A stretch of 64,000 nucleotides of DNA from Eledone cirrhosa (lineage: Eukaryota): NCBI GenBank assembly GCA_964016885.1, contig OZ024762.1, forward strand, positions 17,484,001 through 17,548,000. Direction: 5' to 3'. Position numbers and translations under genes: made by a program. Of this stretch, positions 22,691 through 37,126 are shown in pieces (position 1 is the first letter of the stretch; each line of letters starts with the position of its first letter). The notes below the pieces were generated by a model. The model saw nothing but the letters and a program-made list of their open reading frames with translations, was not told where the DNA came from and did no database searches.

Positions 22691-23636
22691 AAGCCTTTAC
22701 TGTGAAAATACAATAGTATATATAGAGTAATGTGAACATCGCCCTCTTTCACTAAACAATGAAACTATATAAAAAGACTAGGAGATAACTCGTGTGGCGC
22801 TATAGAGAAGAGTGTAAGATTCGAACTAACTGAGCTACGGAATTAAAAGGAAAATCGCGCTTAAAATAAAGTTTATAAACACAAACCAAATTTTATGTGA
22901 CTCCATTTTGTTTGTTATTGTTTCTTTCACTGTTTTACTTATTTCTTATTTCTTATTAAATTACACTTAATTAATTCCATTAAATATTTATTCTTGCTCA
23001 TATTAAATTACTGTATCTTTATTCATGTCATTGTTGCAACTTTTATTTCTACATCTTTCATTTATACCGACTGTTACACCGGTCGTATAATTATTTTATA
23101 ACACCGCTATATTACCTACATGAAAGAGGTAAATATTTATTTCTCTTGTCTTCTTAAATGTATAGAACATGTTTCTTATATATATTCTTAACATAGCTAG
23201 GACCGTATATTATTTACTAGTCTCTACTCCTAGGACTTTGCTGGTCTCATGTCCCCTCCATCAACACACGCTCGGTAGAAAGCTGGTCTTCGGAGGTAAA
23301 GTGGCCCCGATTACAGGTCTAGTATTGAAGCCTTTCGGCTTGAGCCTTGCTGATGTCGACAGAGTTCCTGTGGTAGTTTTGGTAGCACAGGTGACATTTT
23401 ATTGTGTTTAGGTACCGGCTAGTGCGGACACAGAGAGCACAACCAGGTGGTGAGCTGGCAACGACCAAGTGTAGAGGGCCAGCTTTGAAATTCGAGCGAC
23501 GGAGTGAACTACTAAAAGAGGCAGGGTAAGCACCCTTTTGTTCTAAAGGTGGGACTAGAACGGAGGTTGGGTGGTGCTGGGGGTGGGCTAACAGCTAACA
23601 GTTGTAGGAGTGGTGGGGGTTTGGTAGGATTAATTT

Positions 23637-26059
23637 TTACATCTGTCTGTGAACTCTTGAAAAAGCAACATACAATTGTCCAGGGTTAAATACTTGCTCA
23701 GGGAGGAACAGACCCACTTTATCATGTATTTGACCATGGTTCTTGTTGATTGTCATGGCATATGACAGTCTTAATGGAAACTGGGGTCTTTCCAAAGTAA
23801 AAGGGATGTTGGCACCACTGGGAGCTAACTTCAGTCTTGGGATCAAAACACACCTGCCCATCAAAGGACCATAGATATGAGAAGCTTTGATAAAATGTTT
23901 ATGCAGTTCCACTACTTCTAATCTTGTGCCATTACATAATCTGTTCTGGATTGAAATATTCCATAGAAGCATTTTTATTGATCCTGCTTTTAATTGGAGT
24001 TTGTGAGGCGGCATCCCAGAAGGTGTAAGCAAGTTCAGAAGTTCATTTAGCTTGAACCAGGCAGCAAGGGTAGTGTCTCGGTGTCCCTGTATTTCTACTG
24101 CAACCTGAGCATTGCCTCTTTGAAAGTAAACTCTGTTTGTTCTCCAGGTGTGTGTCTAGTTTGTATACTGTATGTGATGTACCATGAAGCTTAAATTCCG
24201 AGAGACCCGACACTGCTTCTGGCTGAGACACATACCTGCAACAAAGATAGGTTCTTATTTCATCATGGTTGTGTTGGTTCTGAGCCTTATTAGGTAATGC
24301 ATTATTCGTTACTTCTATAGTTGTACAATCATGCCCCATGTAACATATTTAAAGAGGTACTTGACACTTTTTACAGAAGTGCAAGCTTCAACATTAATAT
24401 GTGCACAATATTTCTTAAGCAAAAAGGCATTAAATGGCACAACCTTCCTGTTATCTACTGAATGTCATCCAATTTACACTGCAGTTCCTGTACTCTGGGT
24501 ATCCATTTAGGTTCAATAATGTTTCCCTTCTGTAGGTTTATGGATAGTTCTTTTGGAAAAATCCATTTTGTATAAATGGGGAAAAAGGGTTTCCAGAACC
24601 ACATGACCCGTGGATCATAAACTTTTAATCCTGCTCATGTAGTACTGGATCATCTTCCAATGCAGGTATTTCTGCTGACACGATTCTGTCAATGTCTTCT
24701 CACTTTCTTATCTTGTCTTCATTTCTTAAGGCTCAGTGTTATCATCTGTTTAGATAATTCATTAAACCATTATACTCATCCACTCACAATTGGGCTTGAT
24801 TGTTCCTCAAATATTGAAGCCTGCATCCCTCTACTTTCATATAAGCATCCACTAAATACTGCTAAAATAATTTACCTGCCCTATATATCGCACTAAATCC
24901 TCCTCTATATGCTATACAGTATATGTAATACTCCTGCATTGTCAGTCTATTGCAAACACAGGTCCTGCATTCCTCTCCATGTCACTATGCCACCAAAATT
25001 CACCATTATGGGTCGGTCATGAATTATGTGGTATTTTCTGAGGAGGATGGTCTTTAGGAAAGATGATAATATCTCTTTGTACAGGTGGTGTGCCCTCAAT
25101 CCCCCACAAAACAACAGCTATCATTACTAGTTGGTAAATTATCGCAGCTCATATCTGATCCTCTTTTAAATCTTAATTCACAGTTCTGTACACGACAATT
25201 TCCTCTTCTTGCACTTTGCTGTTTGATGCCATGCATTGTATTGAACACTTCGACATATGGATTACATTCATGCAACACCTCTCTTATCATAGTCATTTTT
25301 TGTGGTGAGCAGTCATTATTTGTTGGCACTAGGGCAGTGGATTGGCAGTATCGGTAGAGCGTCAGACACCATGCTTTGCAGCATAGGGTTATGGCCCATT
25401 ACGTTCTGGGTCCAAATCCCTCCAAGGTTGACTTTGTTTTCATCCTTATGAGGTCCATAAATAAAGTACCAGTAATACACTGGAGTAATTGCTGACCTTG
25501 TGCCAGAAACAATTATTTGGTGGTACTTCCAATCTGTGCTACACAGCTTCATTCCCATCAATAATATATAACTGGCCATATTGTGGTGTATTTTCTGCAG
25601 GTTACAGAGGTGGGGGTGTAGTGATATGTTTGACCCTGAATATGAAAGCTATACGGGCCTCTGCCGGGTGGTAAGGCAAGTTTAACACGAAATGAAGTGA
25701 AATAAATGTAGTTTTAATTGCAGATGTTTCTGTGAAATCAACTGCTTCCTGGCCTCTTTCAAAGAGATTTCTCAGTCTCTCAGGGTATATTTGTAATGGA
25801 GGCATCACAACCTTTCCTTTATTACAACAGTTACAATTTTCATTTCTAAATTTCAAAGCTCCACAGTGATCACACGAAACATTCATATCACTAATATGAA
25901 ATTCTTCTACATTTCCATTAATATTAATTGTTGGCCAATTTCTCTTACGACGCTCATTATCCATTCTTCTCTGTCTGAATGTTTTCCATTCTGTTGTTTA
26001 TTATGTAATTAAATAGCTCTGTACAATACAGAGAGCGCTCTTCTTTTCTTTACCTTTTC
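23637..26059 (-). mobile_element. Helitron RepHel pseudogene, unit 3 (retains helicase motif VI GQLYVAFSRV)
   Basis: ORFs from 23637 to 25964. Confidence 0.94.
25331..25511 (+). mobile_element. SINE in Helitron, unit 3
   Basis: Homologous to 5667-5847. Confidence 0.85.
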
Positions 26060-26262
26060 TATGGAAATACAAGAACAAATATATATATATATATGTATAT
26101 AAATAAACAAGACTGTTATTTCTCCAACCTGTCTATTTACCTTCGATAACTAAATATAAATACACCTATACCATACATACATATACAATATTTGTTTTTG
26201 ATGCCGTGGTATAGCAGAGATAAGCAAGAAGAGAAAAGAAAATGAAAAGGAGAAAAAAAAGA

Positions 26263-26568
26263 AGTAAGAAGTCGGGGGAGGGACAGACACTTCACCCCAG
26301 TCTAAGTGGTCCCTCAGCCGCAACTCGTGGAAGAAATGTAAAAGCGTTACCTCGGAGCAAGGCCAGAGACACCTGCTACAATAGTCGCCCTTCCTCACGA
26401 GGCTCCTGCCGTCTTTCCTCCCGACTTTATGGAGGAAATCAGCAGTACGGGGACCAAGTATGGCAGAGGTCTCAATGGAGTGGAAGAAGTGAGTCAGGCC
26501 TCGGTACTATCTTACTCTCCTCTGCATTGCGGGGTGTGGAGCCCAGGTTTGTGGCTGTAGCTATATTT
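26263..26568 (-). mobile_element. CRE fragment 2, unit 3
   Basis: Homologous to 6600-6905. Confidence 0.75.
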
Positions 26569-28191
26569 GAACTTTTATATGAAATTTCAGTTTTATATTT
26601 TTCACATCTTAAAACTTAATCTTAGTCTTTTGCAGCTCATCTTGTTTCATCTCGCAGCACATGATTTGGGAACCACTGCTCTAGAGATAGAAAAAGTATA
26701 TTTTATGCAGGGTTTCCCTGAGACATAAAAACTATTTCAAGAGATCGACATGGGTAGAAAGATTGAGAAATGCTGCACAATGTTCTTTGGGTTTTGTTCA
26801 CCTTTAAATAATCATGTATAAAATATCGGGTGTGCAAGATTTCATGAAAAGGTATAACATTATTTATGCTGATCTTGCAGGGACTAGCTCCAATTGAGAG
26901 TTGTACCAATTCCCACTAAACTCGAAACTCCTGGACAATATATACATATCTTTATAAGTTCCTGTGTATTGTGTCGCTGTATAATGAAACATAAATATAT
27001 ACCATGCATGTCAGTCAGATTTGAACTCACTATATTTGGCGTTTTATAGATATAATTTGTTTGTTAAAAGAATTGATTAAATAATAACTAAATAAAATTA
27101 ATTCTACAATCCTGGATAGGGAATGAACTTATAACTTCATAATAGAAACCATCTATTCGAGCAGTATTGCCACCAGGTTACTTACAGAACTTCATTCAAA
27201 TATAAAGTATAAAATATATGTCAGACAGTGAGTTCGAATCTAACTGATTAGTTGCCAACCGGTAGGTGATATCGACTAGGTTGGGAAAACTTGGTTAAGT
27301 AGCTCCAGTTATTGCTACGTTAGACATATTCAAGACTTATCGAGACCGAATGGAAGAAAGGTAAAGTTGAAATCAGAGTAAAGAACTGGAAAAATACTGC
27401 AAAGAATTCTATCGGATGTTCTAACAATTCTACCAAATTACCTTATGTATATAAATTTATATCTGGAGATAAGAAGAAAACTGAAAGAAAGAAAAAAAAA
27501 AAAAAAATGAAACTTTATATGTAACCCAGGATTGAAACCGAAACCAGGACCTCCACCATCTCTGGTATCACCCACCAGACCACCATGAAAGATACAAAAA
27601 TCTGCTTTTTTAATATTTATAAGCCTACTTTCAATATTAAAGTAATTAACATGTGGTGTTGTTCATGCCTTTCTCTATGTTATTGGTAAAAAATAAAGTA
27701 TTTAAACCTCAAATTTTGTTATTCAAATATGCTTGCTTATGTAATTATTAATGTCGCAGAATACACACGCATATATAGATGTGAAAATATTCAGGACCCC
27801 AACGGCTGTGCTATTGCCGTTTCGACATCTATATATATATCTTTTAGTCCTAGGCTCTTTCAGCGCAGAAAGAATTCTCCAATGATTACAACCAGCTAAT
27901 GGTGCCCAGTGGAAGCACTTTAGTCTAATTATAACCCCAACGATCACGACTAGCGGCGGCTTTTTCGAGTCTGAGGTTGACTGCCAGATATATATATATA
28001 TATATTGTTATACTTTGCTAGAATCCCGGAGAACAACAGAAAGATGCTGAGTTCAGAGTATAAAAAACAATAGAAAGAAGGGCATAAATAAATATATATC
28101 AGTGGTTTAAAATCTTCTCTGCACCATGTCCAACCACGACATTTTAAATATGTTTATGTCCACCCTTTAATATAAAAACAATCCGAGTCTT

Positions 28192-28923
28192 GTAAAAGTG
28201 TTATTACTGTAATATAAAGTAGAAACTGTTTATTTAAACAAAGCTGCGATGCAACGATCATCAAAGCAAACCCCAAAATGTCAACAAACTTCTCGCAGGT
28301 GCTGCCAGATACACGATAACGTGTATACGAAGTGTAACAGGGAGTTGGGTCGTATTATATCACTTTCAAATTGACCCCTATTATATTCAAATTATCCCCT
28401 GTGGGGCGTGCACCCCACGTTGAGAATCCCTCATAAATAAATATATGTGAGTGTGTTGCTATGACTGCTATTTCTAGCAGGTTTATTGCAGTCCTGTAGA
28501 CGCACACCAAAAACCGGAAGTGGCAGCCATTAAAAAACTTTGGCTTAAAATCAGGCAAAAGTTTTTTAACAATTTGCCAAGAAAGATAACTCTTGTCTTA
28601 CTTAATCGCAAAAATCGAGGCAAAAATTTTGCGGGTGTGCAGTTTGTTTGGTGTATTTGACTGCTTTTTCTAGCATATATGGACACTTTAGAAATAGCAG
28701 CGAAACACGGAAAACATAAGAAAGAAGGACACACACGTATATATATATATATTTAATTATGTATCTGTATATATATATATATACATATATATATGCACAG
28801 ATATATATACATTTAAATATTTATATATATATACACGCGCGCACACACACCTATACGTAGATATGGGTGTGTGTATAGCTGGTATATATATATATATATA
28901 TATGTATGGGTGAGTGTATAGCT

Positions 28924-28987
<64 letters not shown>

Positions 28988-29516
28988 GGTGTGTGTCCTT
29001 CTTTCTGCTGTTTTCCGTTTTTCGCTGCTATTTCTAAAGTGTCCATACATGCTAGAATTAGCAGTCAAATACACCAAACAAACTGCACACCCGCAAAATT
29101 TTTGCCTCGATTTTTGCGATTAAGTAAGACAAGAGTTATCTTTCTTGGCAAATTGTTAAAAAACTTTTGCCTGATTTTAAGCCAAAGTTTTTTAATGGCT
29201 GCCACTTCCGGTTTTTGTTGTGCGTCTACAGGACTGCAGTAAACCTGCTAGAAATAGCAGTCATGCAACACACTCACATATATTTATTTATGAGGCATTC
29301 TCAACGTGGGGTGCACGCCCCACAGGGGATAATTTGAATATAATAGGGGTCAACTTGAAAGTGATATAATACGACCAAGCTTCCAGATACACTTCGTATA
29401 CACATGTTATCGTGTATCTGGCAGCACCTACGAGAAGTTTGTTTTGATCATCGCTGCATCGCAGCTTTGTTTAAATAAGGGGTTTCTACTTTATATTACA
29501 GTAATAAATGTTTTAC
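28192..29516. repeat. Long inverted repeat, unit 4 copy
   Basis: Homologous to 222-1543. Confidence 0.93.
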
Positions 29517-29641
29517 TTCGTCTACACATGTTATCGTGTATCCGGCAGCACCTATGGGCTGTTTGTTTACCGTTTGGTGTTTAATTTGATTATCGCTTCA
29601 TAGCAGGTTTGTTTAATTAAAGGTTGCGAGGGGGATCACTG

Positions 29642-29693
<52 letters not shown>

Positions 29694-29923
29694 CGCAAAG
29701 ACACACACATATATATACATACACGCAGACATACACCTGTGTGTATGTGTACGTGCGTGTCTTTGGCTGCTCTCTCTATATATATATCTCTCTCTCTCTC
29801 TTTTTCTCTCTGTGTATATATATATAGACACACACTGTTGTTTCCTGATTTTTAGTGCTGTTTCTAAAGTGTCTATTAATATATGCTAGAAATAGCAGTC
29901 AAGGGAACATTTACGTATATATA

Positions 29924-30329
29924 TGTAAGGGCAGTGACACCTGCTGCAACAACCATCCAACCTCGTGGGACTCCATCCTCAGACGGGCCACAGACACTCC
30001 GATGTTGCGGAGGAGCTCGGCTGTAATGGGTCCAAGTTGACCTGGGGTCTCGACGGCGGCTGGTGCGTATAGAAGAGGCTCCAGGACAAACACCGGAATT
30101 TGTTTATTTTATGTTCATCTGCGAGACGGGCAGCGATGCTGGGGTTTGTGGATCTACCTCCTTCGAATGGGAAGAGGGTGATTCCCTCGGGGTGCTTGCC
30201 ATCTCCGCGGCCTAGGCCTGCTGGCTCCTGTTGAGATGGAAAGTCAGCTGCGTCTAGGCTTCTTCTCATTATGTCGTTGAGAGCATTTATGTGGCTCACA
30301 CACGCGGAGGCCAAGGCGTTGGGCTACTC
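29924..30329 (-). mobile_element. CRE fragment 1, unit 4
   Basis: ORFs 29911..30093 and 29979..30314. Confidence 0.8.
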
Positions 30330-31505
30330 CGATGCGAGTTCACTCATCATCAAGAATTTATTTGAATTGAAAGGTCACTAAACTAATATAGGAGTGTGAT
30401 TTAAAAATAAGGTAAACAGAAATAGTTACACCGGTAACATAATTACTGTTACACCGGTAGTTCACTAACAAATCATTTCACGTTCGTCTCTAACAGGTAA
30501 TATTTTAATTTGCTCTCCATGTTTGGGAGTAACTGTAGTTTGGCTTGCTAGGGGTCATACATCTTCATACACATACACACATACATATATACATATGCAT
30601 ATATATAATTATATGTAAATTCAGCTCCGTATTTAGGACAAATGAGGCCTGTTCTAGTTATGAGGCCCCTTTCTTGGGCTCAGTAGGATGTAGGCTTGTT
30701 AAAATAATTCTTTCGGTAGGAAGATGGGCCCTTCTGTGTAGATTCCTTCCTTAATATTTCAGATAGGAGGGACCGTTTCTGTTGTCTTCCTTTAGTTGTT
30801 CATTCCTTATTTTCAGTAATGTCCTTTCCGACCATAATTATGTCGGCGACGTAAGCATAAGTCTAATTTATTCTTTAATGAAGGGTAGATCCTTCGATAG
30901 TGGAGGCCCGTGGTCTTACGATCATATGTGTATTCGATTCCTGGACTGTGTTGTTAGTTGTTTTACTTGAGCAAAAACTTCATTTCACATAGGTGGGGGG
31001 TTAACCCTGCGATCGACTGACATCATGTCCAGGGGGAAGTCATGTACTCTCAGTCTCTTTACGCTACAGGAACTGGGACAGGCACCTGCTTGAGCTGACT
31101 TTACACTTTGGAAATCCTTAGATATTCTTCTTGGTGATATATTTGTTAGCTTTGACTTTAATTCATCTGTTGACACCACTAATAATTCATAGATAGAAAA
31201 ACGTTTGTGGCTTTAGTACACCTTTAAGCTTTAATTTCAATTACTGACTATGTCTAACGAAGTAATAACTGGAGCGACTAAACCAGGGTTTCCTAACCTG
31301 GTGATATCAACCACCGGTGGCTGATTTCAACTTGGTCTCTTCGGCCACAAACCCGGGTACCGCGGCCCACGAAGGAAAGGAAGATAAACAAATATCAGAG
31401 GATTGTCCGGCTTCTTCCACTTGGCACCTGAAGCCACCATCACGTATAAGTATAAATATAAATATATATATATACATATCTATCTATCTATCTATCTATA
31501 TATAT

Positions 31506-32011
31506 ATCATCATTTTCATTTTACATCTGCTTTTCCCTGTTTGAAAGGGTGGGACATATATATATATATATATATATATCATCCTCATTATACATCCACT
31601 TTTCCCTGCTTATAAGGGTGGGACAGATCCTCTTCAGCGCAGCATCTCTCCTTCACCATCTCCTCTGAGCTTCAACGATCTGAGGTCAGCTCTCACTAGC
31701 TCTGCCCATATCTTCCTTGGTCTTCCTCTACTGCATATTCCTCCCACTGGGATTACTTGGCACTTCTTCACCCTGCGGTAATCCTGCATACGCATCGCAT
31801 GGCCATACCAACGCAGTCTTTTCTCCCGCACACTGCAGTTTATCCTTCTTATAGAGTTTCACTCTCAACTCGTCCATACTTGGTCTTTCACGCACATTGA
31901 CATTGCACATCCAATGGAGCATGCTTGCTTCATTTCTCTTCAGCCTTCGCATATCCTCTGCAGTTGCTGCCCATGTCTCACTACCATGCAACATTGTGCA
32001 TCTCACACAGG
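31506..32011 (-). mobile_element. RTE LINE 3' fragment, unit 4
   Basis: ORFs 31634..31831 and 31728..32006. Confidence 0.9.
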
Positions 32012-34385
32012 GTTAAATACTTGCTCAGAGAGGAACAGACCCACTTTATCATGTATTTGACCATGGTTCTTGTTGATTGTCATGGCATATGACAGTCTTA
32101 ATGGAAACTGGGGTCTTTCCAAAGTAAAAGGGATGTTGGCACCACTGGGAGCTAACTTCAGTCTTGGGATCAAAACACACCTGCCCATCAAAGGACCATA
32201 GATATGAGAAGCTTCGATAAAATGTTTATGCAGTTCCACTACTTCTAATCTTGTGCCATTACATAATCTGTTCTGGATTGAAATATTCCATAGAAGCATT
32301 ATTATTGATCCTGCTTTTAATTGGAGTTTGTGAGGCGGCATCCCAGAAGGTGTAAGCAAGTTCAGATGTTCATTTAGCTTGAACCAGGCAGCAAGGGTAG
32401 TGTCTCGGTGTCCCTGTATTTCTACTGCAACCTGAGCATTGCCTCTTTGAAAGTAAACTCTGTTTGTTCTCCAGGTGTGTGTCTAGTTTGTATACTGTAT
32501 GTGATGTACCATGAAGCTTAAATTCCGAGAGACACGACACTGCTTCTGGCTGAGACACATACCTGCAACAAAGATAGGTTCTTATTTCATCATGGTTGTG
32601 TTGGTTCTGAGCCTTATTAGGTAATGCATTATTCGTTACTTCTATAGTTGTACAATCATGCCCCATGTAACATATTTAAAGAGGTACTTGACACTTTTTA
32701 CAGAAGGGCAAGCTTCAACATTAATATGTGCACAATATTTCTTAAGCAAAAAGGCATTAAATGGCACAACCTTCCTGTTATCTACTGAATGTCATCCAAT
32801 TTACACTGCAGTTCCTGTACTCTGGGTATCCATTTAGGTTCAATAATGTTTCCCTTCTGTAGGTTTATGGATAGTTCTTTTGGAAAAATCCATTTTGTAT
32901 AAATGGGGAAAAAGGGTTTCCAGAACCACATGGCCCGTGGATCATAAACTTTTAAACCTGCTCATGTAGTACTGGATCATCTTCCAATGCAGGTATTTCT
33001 GCTGACACGATTCTGTCAATGTCTTCTCTGTTTCTTATCTTGCCTTCATTTCTTAAGGCTCAGTGTTATCATCTGTTTAGATAATTCATTAAACCATTAT
33101 ACTCATCCACTCACAATTGGGCTTGATTGTTCCTCAAATATTGAAGCCTGCATCCCTCTACTTTCATATAGGCATCCACTAAATACTGCTAAAATAATTT
33201 ACCTGCCCTATATATCGCACTAAATCCTCCTCTATATGCTATACAGTATATGTAATACTCTGCATTGTCAGTCTATTGCAAACACAGGTCCTGCATTCCT
33301 CTCCATGTCACTATGCCACCAAAATTCACCATTATGGGTCGGTCATGAATTATGTGGTATTTTCTGAGGAGGATGGTCTTTAGGAAAGATGATAATATCT
33401 CTTTGTACAGGTGGTGTGCCCTCAATCCCCCACAAAACAACAGCTATCATTACTAGTTGGTAAATTATCGCAGCTCATATCTGATCCTCTTTTAAATCTT
33501 AATTCACAGTTCTGTACACAACAATTTCCTCTTCTTGCACTTTGCTGTTTGATGCCATGCATTGTATTGTACACTTCGACATATGGATTACATTCATGCA
33601 ACACCTCTCTTATCATAGTCATTTTTTGTGGTGAGCAGTCATTATTTGTTGGCACTAGGGCAGTGGATTGGCAGTATCGGTAGAGCGTCAGACACCATGC
33701 TTTGCAGCATAGGGTTATGGCCCATTACGTTCTGGGTCCAAATCCCTCCAAGGTTGACTTTGTTTTCATCCTTATGAGGTCGATAAATAAAGTACCAGTA
33801 ATACACTGGAGTAATTGCTGACCTTGTGCCAGAAACAATTATTTGGTGGTACTTCCAATCTGTGCTACACAGCTTCATTCCCATCAATAATATATAACTG
33901 GCCATATTGTGGTGTATTTTCTGCAGGTTACAGAGGTGGGGGTGTAGTGATATGTTTGACCCTGAATATGAAAGCTATACGGGCCTCTGCCAGGTGGTAA
34001 GGCAAGTTTAACACGAAATGAAGTGAAATAAATGTAGTTTTAATTGCAGATGTTTCTGTGAAATCAACTGCTTCCTGGCCTCTTTCAAAGAGATTTCTCA
34101 GTCTCTCAGGGTATATTTGCAATGGAGGCAACACAACCTTTCCTTTATTACAACAGTTACAATTTTCATTTCTAAATTTCAAAGCTCCACAGTGATCACA
34201 AGAAACATTCATATCACTAATATGAAATTCTTCTACATTTCCATTAATATTAATTGTTGGCCAATTTCTCTTACGACGCTCATTATCCATTCTTCTCTGT
34301 CTGAATGTTTTCCATTCTGTTGTTTATTATGTAATTAAATAGCTCTGTACAATACAGAGAGCACTCTTCTTTTCTTTACCTTTTC
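32008..34385 (-). mobile_element. Helitron RepHel pseudogene, unit 4
   Basis: ORFs from 32003 to 34290. Confidence 0.93.
33657..33837 (+). mobile_element. SINE in Helitron, unit 4
   Basis: Homologous to 5667-5847. Confidence 0.85.
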
Positions 34386-34597
34386 TATGGAAATACAAGA
34401 ACAAACATATATATATATATATATATATGTATATAAATAAACAAGACTGTTATTTCTCCAACCAGTCTATTTACCTTCGATAACTAAATATCAATACACC
34501 TATACCATACATACATATACAATATTTGTTTTTGATGCCGTGGTATAGCAGAGATAAGCAAGAAGAGAAAAGAAAATGAAAAGGAGAAAAAAAAAGA

Positions 34598-34903
34598 AGT
34601 AAGAAGTCGGGGGAGGGACAGACACTTCACCCCAGTCTAAGTGGTCCCTCAGCCGCAACTCGTGGAAGAAACGTAAAAGCGTTACCTCGGAGCAAGCCCA
34701 GAGACACCTGCTACAATAGTCGCCCTTCCTCACGAGGCTCCTGCCGTCTTTCCTCCCGACTTTATGGAGGAAATCAGCAGTACGGGGACCAAGTATGGCA
34801 GAGGTCTCAATGGAGTGGAAGAGATGAGTCAGGCCTCGGTACTATCTTACTCTCCTCTGCATTGCGGGGTGTGGAGCCTAGGATTGTGGCTGTAGCTATA
34901 TTT
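34598..34903 (-). mobile_element. CRE fragment 2, unit 4
   Basis: Homologous to 6600-6905. Confidence 0.75.
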
Positions 34904-36524
34904 GAACTTTTATATGAAATTTCAGTTTTATATTTTTCACATCTTAAAACTTAATCTTAGTCTTTTGCAGCTCATCTTGTTTCATCTCGCAGCACACGAT
35001 TTGGGAACCACTGCTCTAGAGATAGAAAAAGTATATTTTATGCAGGGTTTCCCTGAGACATAAAAACTATTTCAAGAGATCGACATGGGTAGAAAGGTTG
35101 AGAAATGCTGCACAATGTTCTTTGGGTTTTGTTCACCTTTAAATAATCATGTATAAAATATCGGGTGTGCAAGATTTCATGAAAAGGTATAACATTATTT
35201 ATGCTGATCTTGCAGGGACTAGCTCCAATTGAGAGTTGTACCAATTCCCACTAAACTCGAAACTCCTGGACAATATATACATATCTTTATAAGTTCCTGT
35301 GTATTGTGTCGCTGTATAATGAAACATAAATATATACCATGCATGTCAGTCAGATTTGAACTCACTATATTTGGCGTTTTATAGATATAATTTGTTTGTT
35401 AAAAGAATTGATTAAATAATAACTAAATAAAATTAATTCTACAATCCTGGATAGGGAATGAACTTATAACTTCATAATAGAAACCATCTATTCGAGCAGT
35501 ATTGCCACCAGGTTACTTACAGAACTTCATTCAAATATAAAGTATAAAATATATGTCAGACAGTGAGTTCGAATCTAACTGATTAGTTGCCAACCGGTAG
35601 GTGATATCGACTAGGTTGGGAAAACTTGGTTAAGTAGCTCCAGTTATTGCTACGTTAGACATATTCAAGACTTATCGAGACCGAATGGAAGAAAGGTAAA
35701 GTTGAAATCAGAGTAAAGAACTGGAAAAATACTGCAAAGAATTCTATCGGATGTTCTAACAATTCTACCAAATTACCTTATGTATATAAATTTATATCTG
35801 GAGATAAGAAGAAAACTGAAAGAAAGAAAAAAAAAAAAAAAATGAAACTTTATATGTAACCCAGGATTGAAACCGAAACCAGGACCTCCACCATCTCTGG
35901 TATCACCCACCAGACCACCATGAAAGATACAAAAATCTGCTTTTTTAATATTTATAAGCCTACTTTCAATATTAAAGTAATTAACATGTGGTGTTGTTCA
36001 TGCCTTTCTCTATGTTATTGGTAAAAAATAAAGTATTTAAACCTCAAATTTTGTTATTCAAATATGCTTGCTTATGTAATTATTAATGTCGCAGAATACA
36101 CACGCATATATAGATGTGAAAATATTCAGGACCCCAACGGCTGTGCTATTGCCGTTTCGACATTTATATATATATCTTTTAGTCCTAGGCTCTTTCAGCG
36201 CAGAAAGAATTCTCCAATGATCACAACCAGCTAATGGTGCCCAGTGGAAGCACTTTAGTCTAATTATAACCCCAACGATCACGACTAGCGGCGGCTTTTT
36301 CGAGTCTGAGGTTGACTGCCAGATATATATATATATATTGTTATACTTTGCTAGAATCCCGGAGAACAACAGAAAGATGCTGAGTTCAGAGTTTAAAAAA
36401 CAATAGAAAGAAGGGCATAAATAAATATATATCAGTGGTTTAAAACCTTCTCTGCACCATGCCCCACCACGACATTTAAAATATGTTTATGTCCCCCCTT
36501 TAATATAAAAACAATCCGAGTCTT

Positions 36525-37095
36525 GTAAAAGTGTTATTACTGTAATATAAAGTAGAAACCCCTTATTTAAACAAAGCTGCGATGCATCGATGATCAAAAC
36601 AAACTTCAAAATGTCAACAAACTTCTCGCAGGTGCTGCCAGATACACGATAACGTGTATACGAAGTGTAACAGGGAGTTGGGTCGTATTATATCACTTTC
36701 AAATTGACCCCTATTATATTCAAATTATCCCCTGTGGGGCGTGCACCCCACGTTGAGAATCCCTCATAAATAAATATATGTGAGTGTGTTGCTATGACTG
36801 CTATTTCTAGCAGGTTTACTGCAGTCCTGTAGACGCACACCAAAAACCGGAAGTGGCAGCCATTAAAAAACTTTGGCTTAAAATCAGGCAAAAGTTTTTT
36901 AACAATTTGCCAAGAAAGATAACTCTTGTCTTACTTAATCGCAAAAATCGAGGCAAAAAATTTTGCGGGTGTGCAGTTTGTTTGGTGTAATTGACTGCTA
37001 TTTCTAGCATATATGGACACTTTAGAAATAGCAGCGAAACACGGGAAACATAAGAAAGAAGGACACACACGTATATATATATATAATTATGTATC

Positions 37096-37126
<31 letters not shown>

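Larger units (their letters stand above)
27971..36305. repeat. Unit 4, short type B (8,335 bp)
   Basis: Same diagnostic variants as unit 2. Confidence 0.95.

Noticed and set aside
26242-26619. 125-aa basic ORF MKRRKKRSKK (NLS-like) in L units
   Set aside because: It is antisense to CRE fragment 2 and open only in L units; an A-run length change and a stop break it elsewhere
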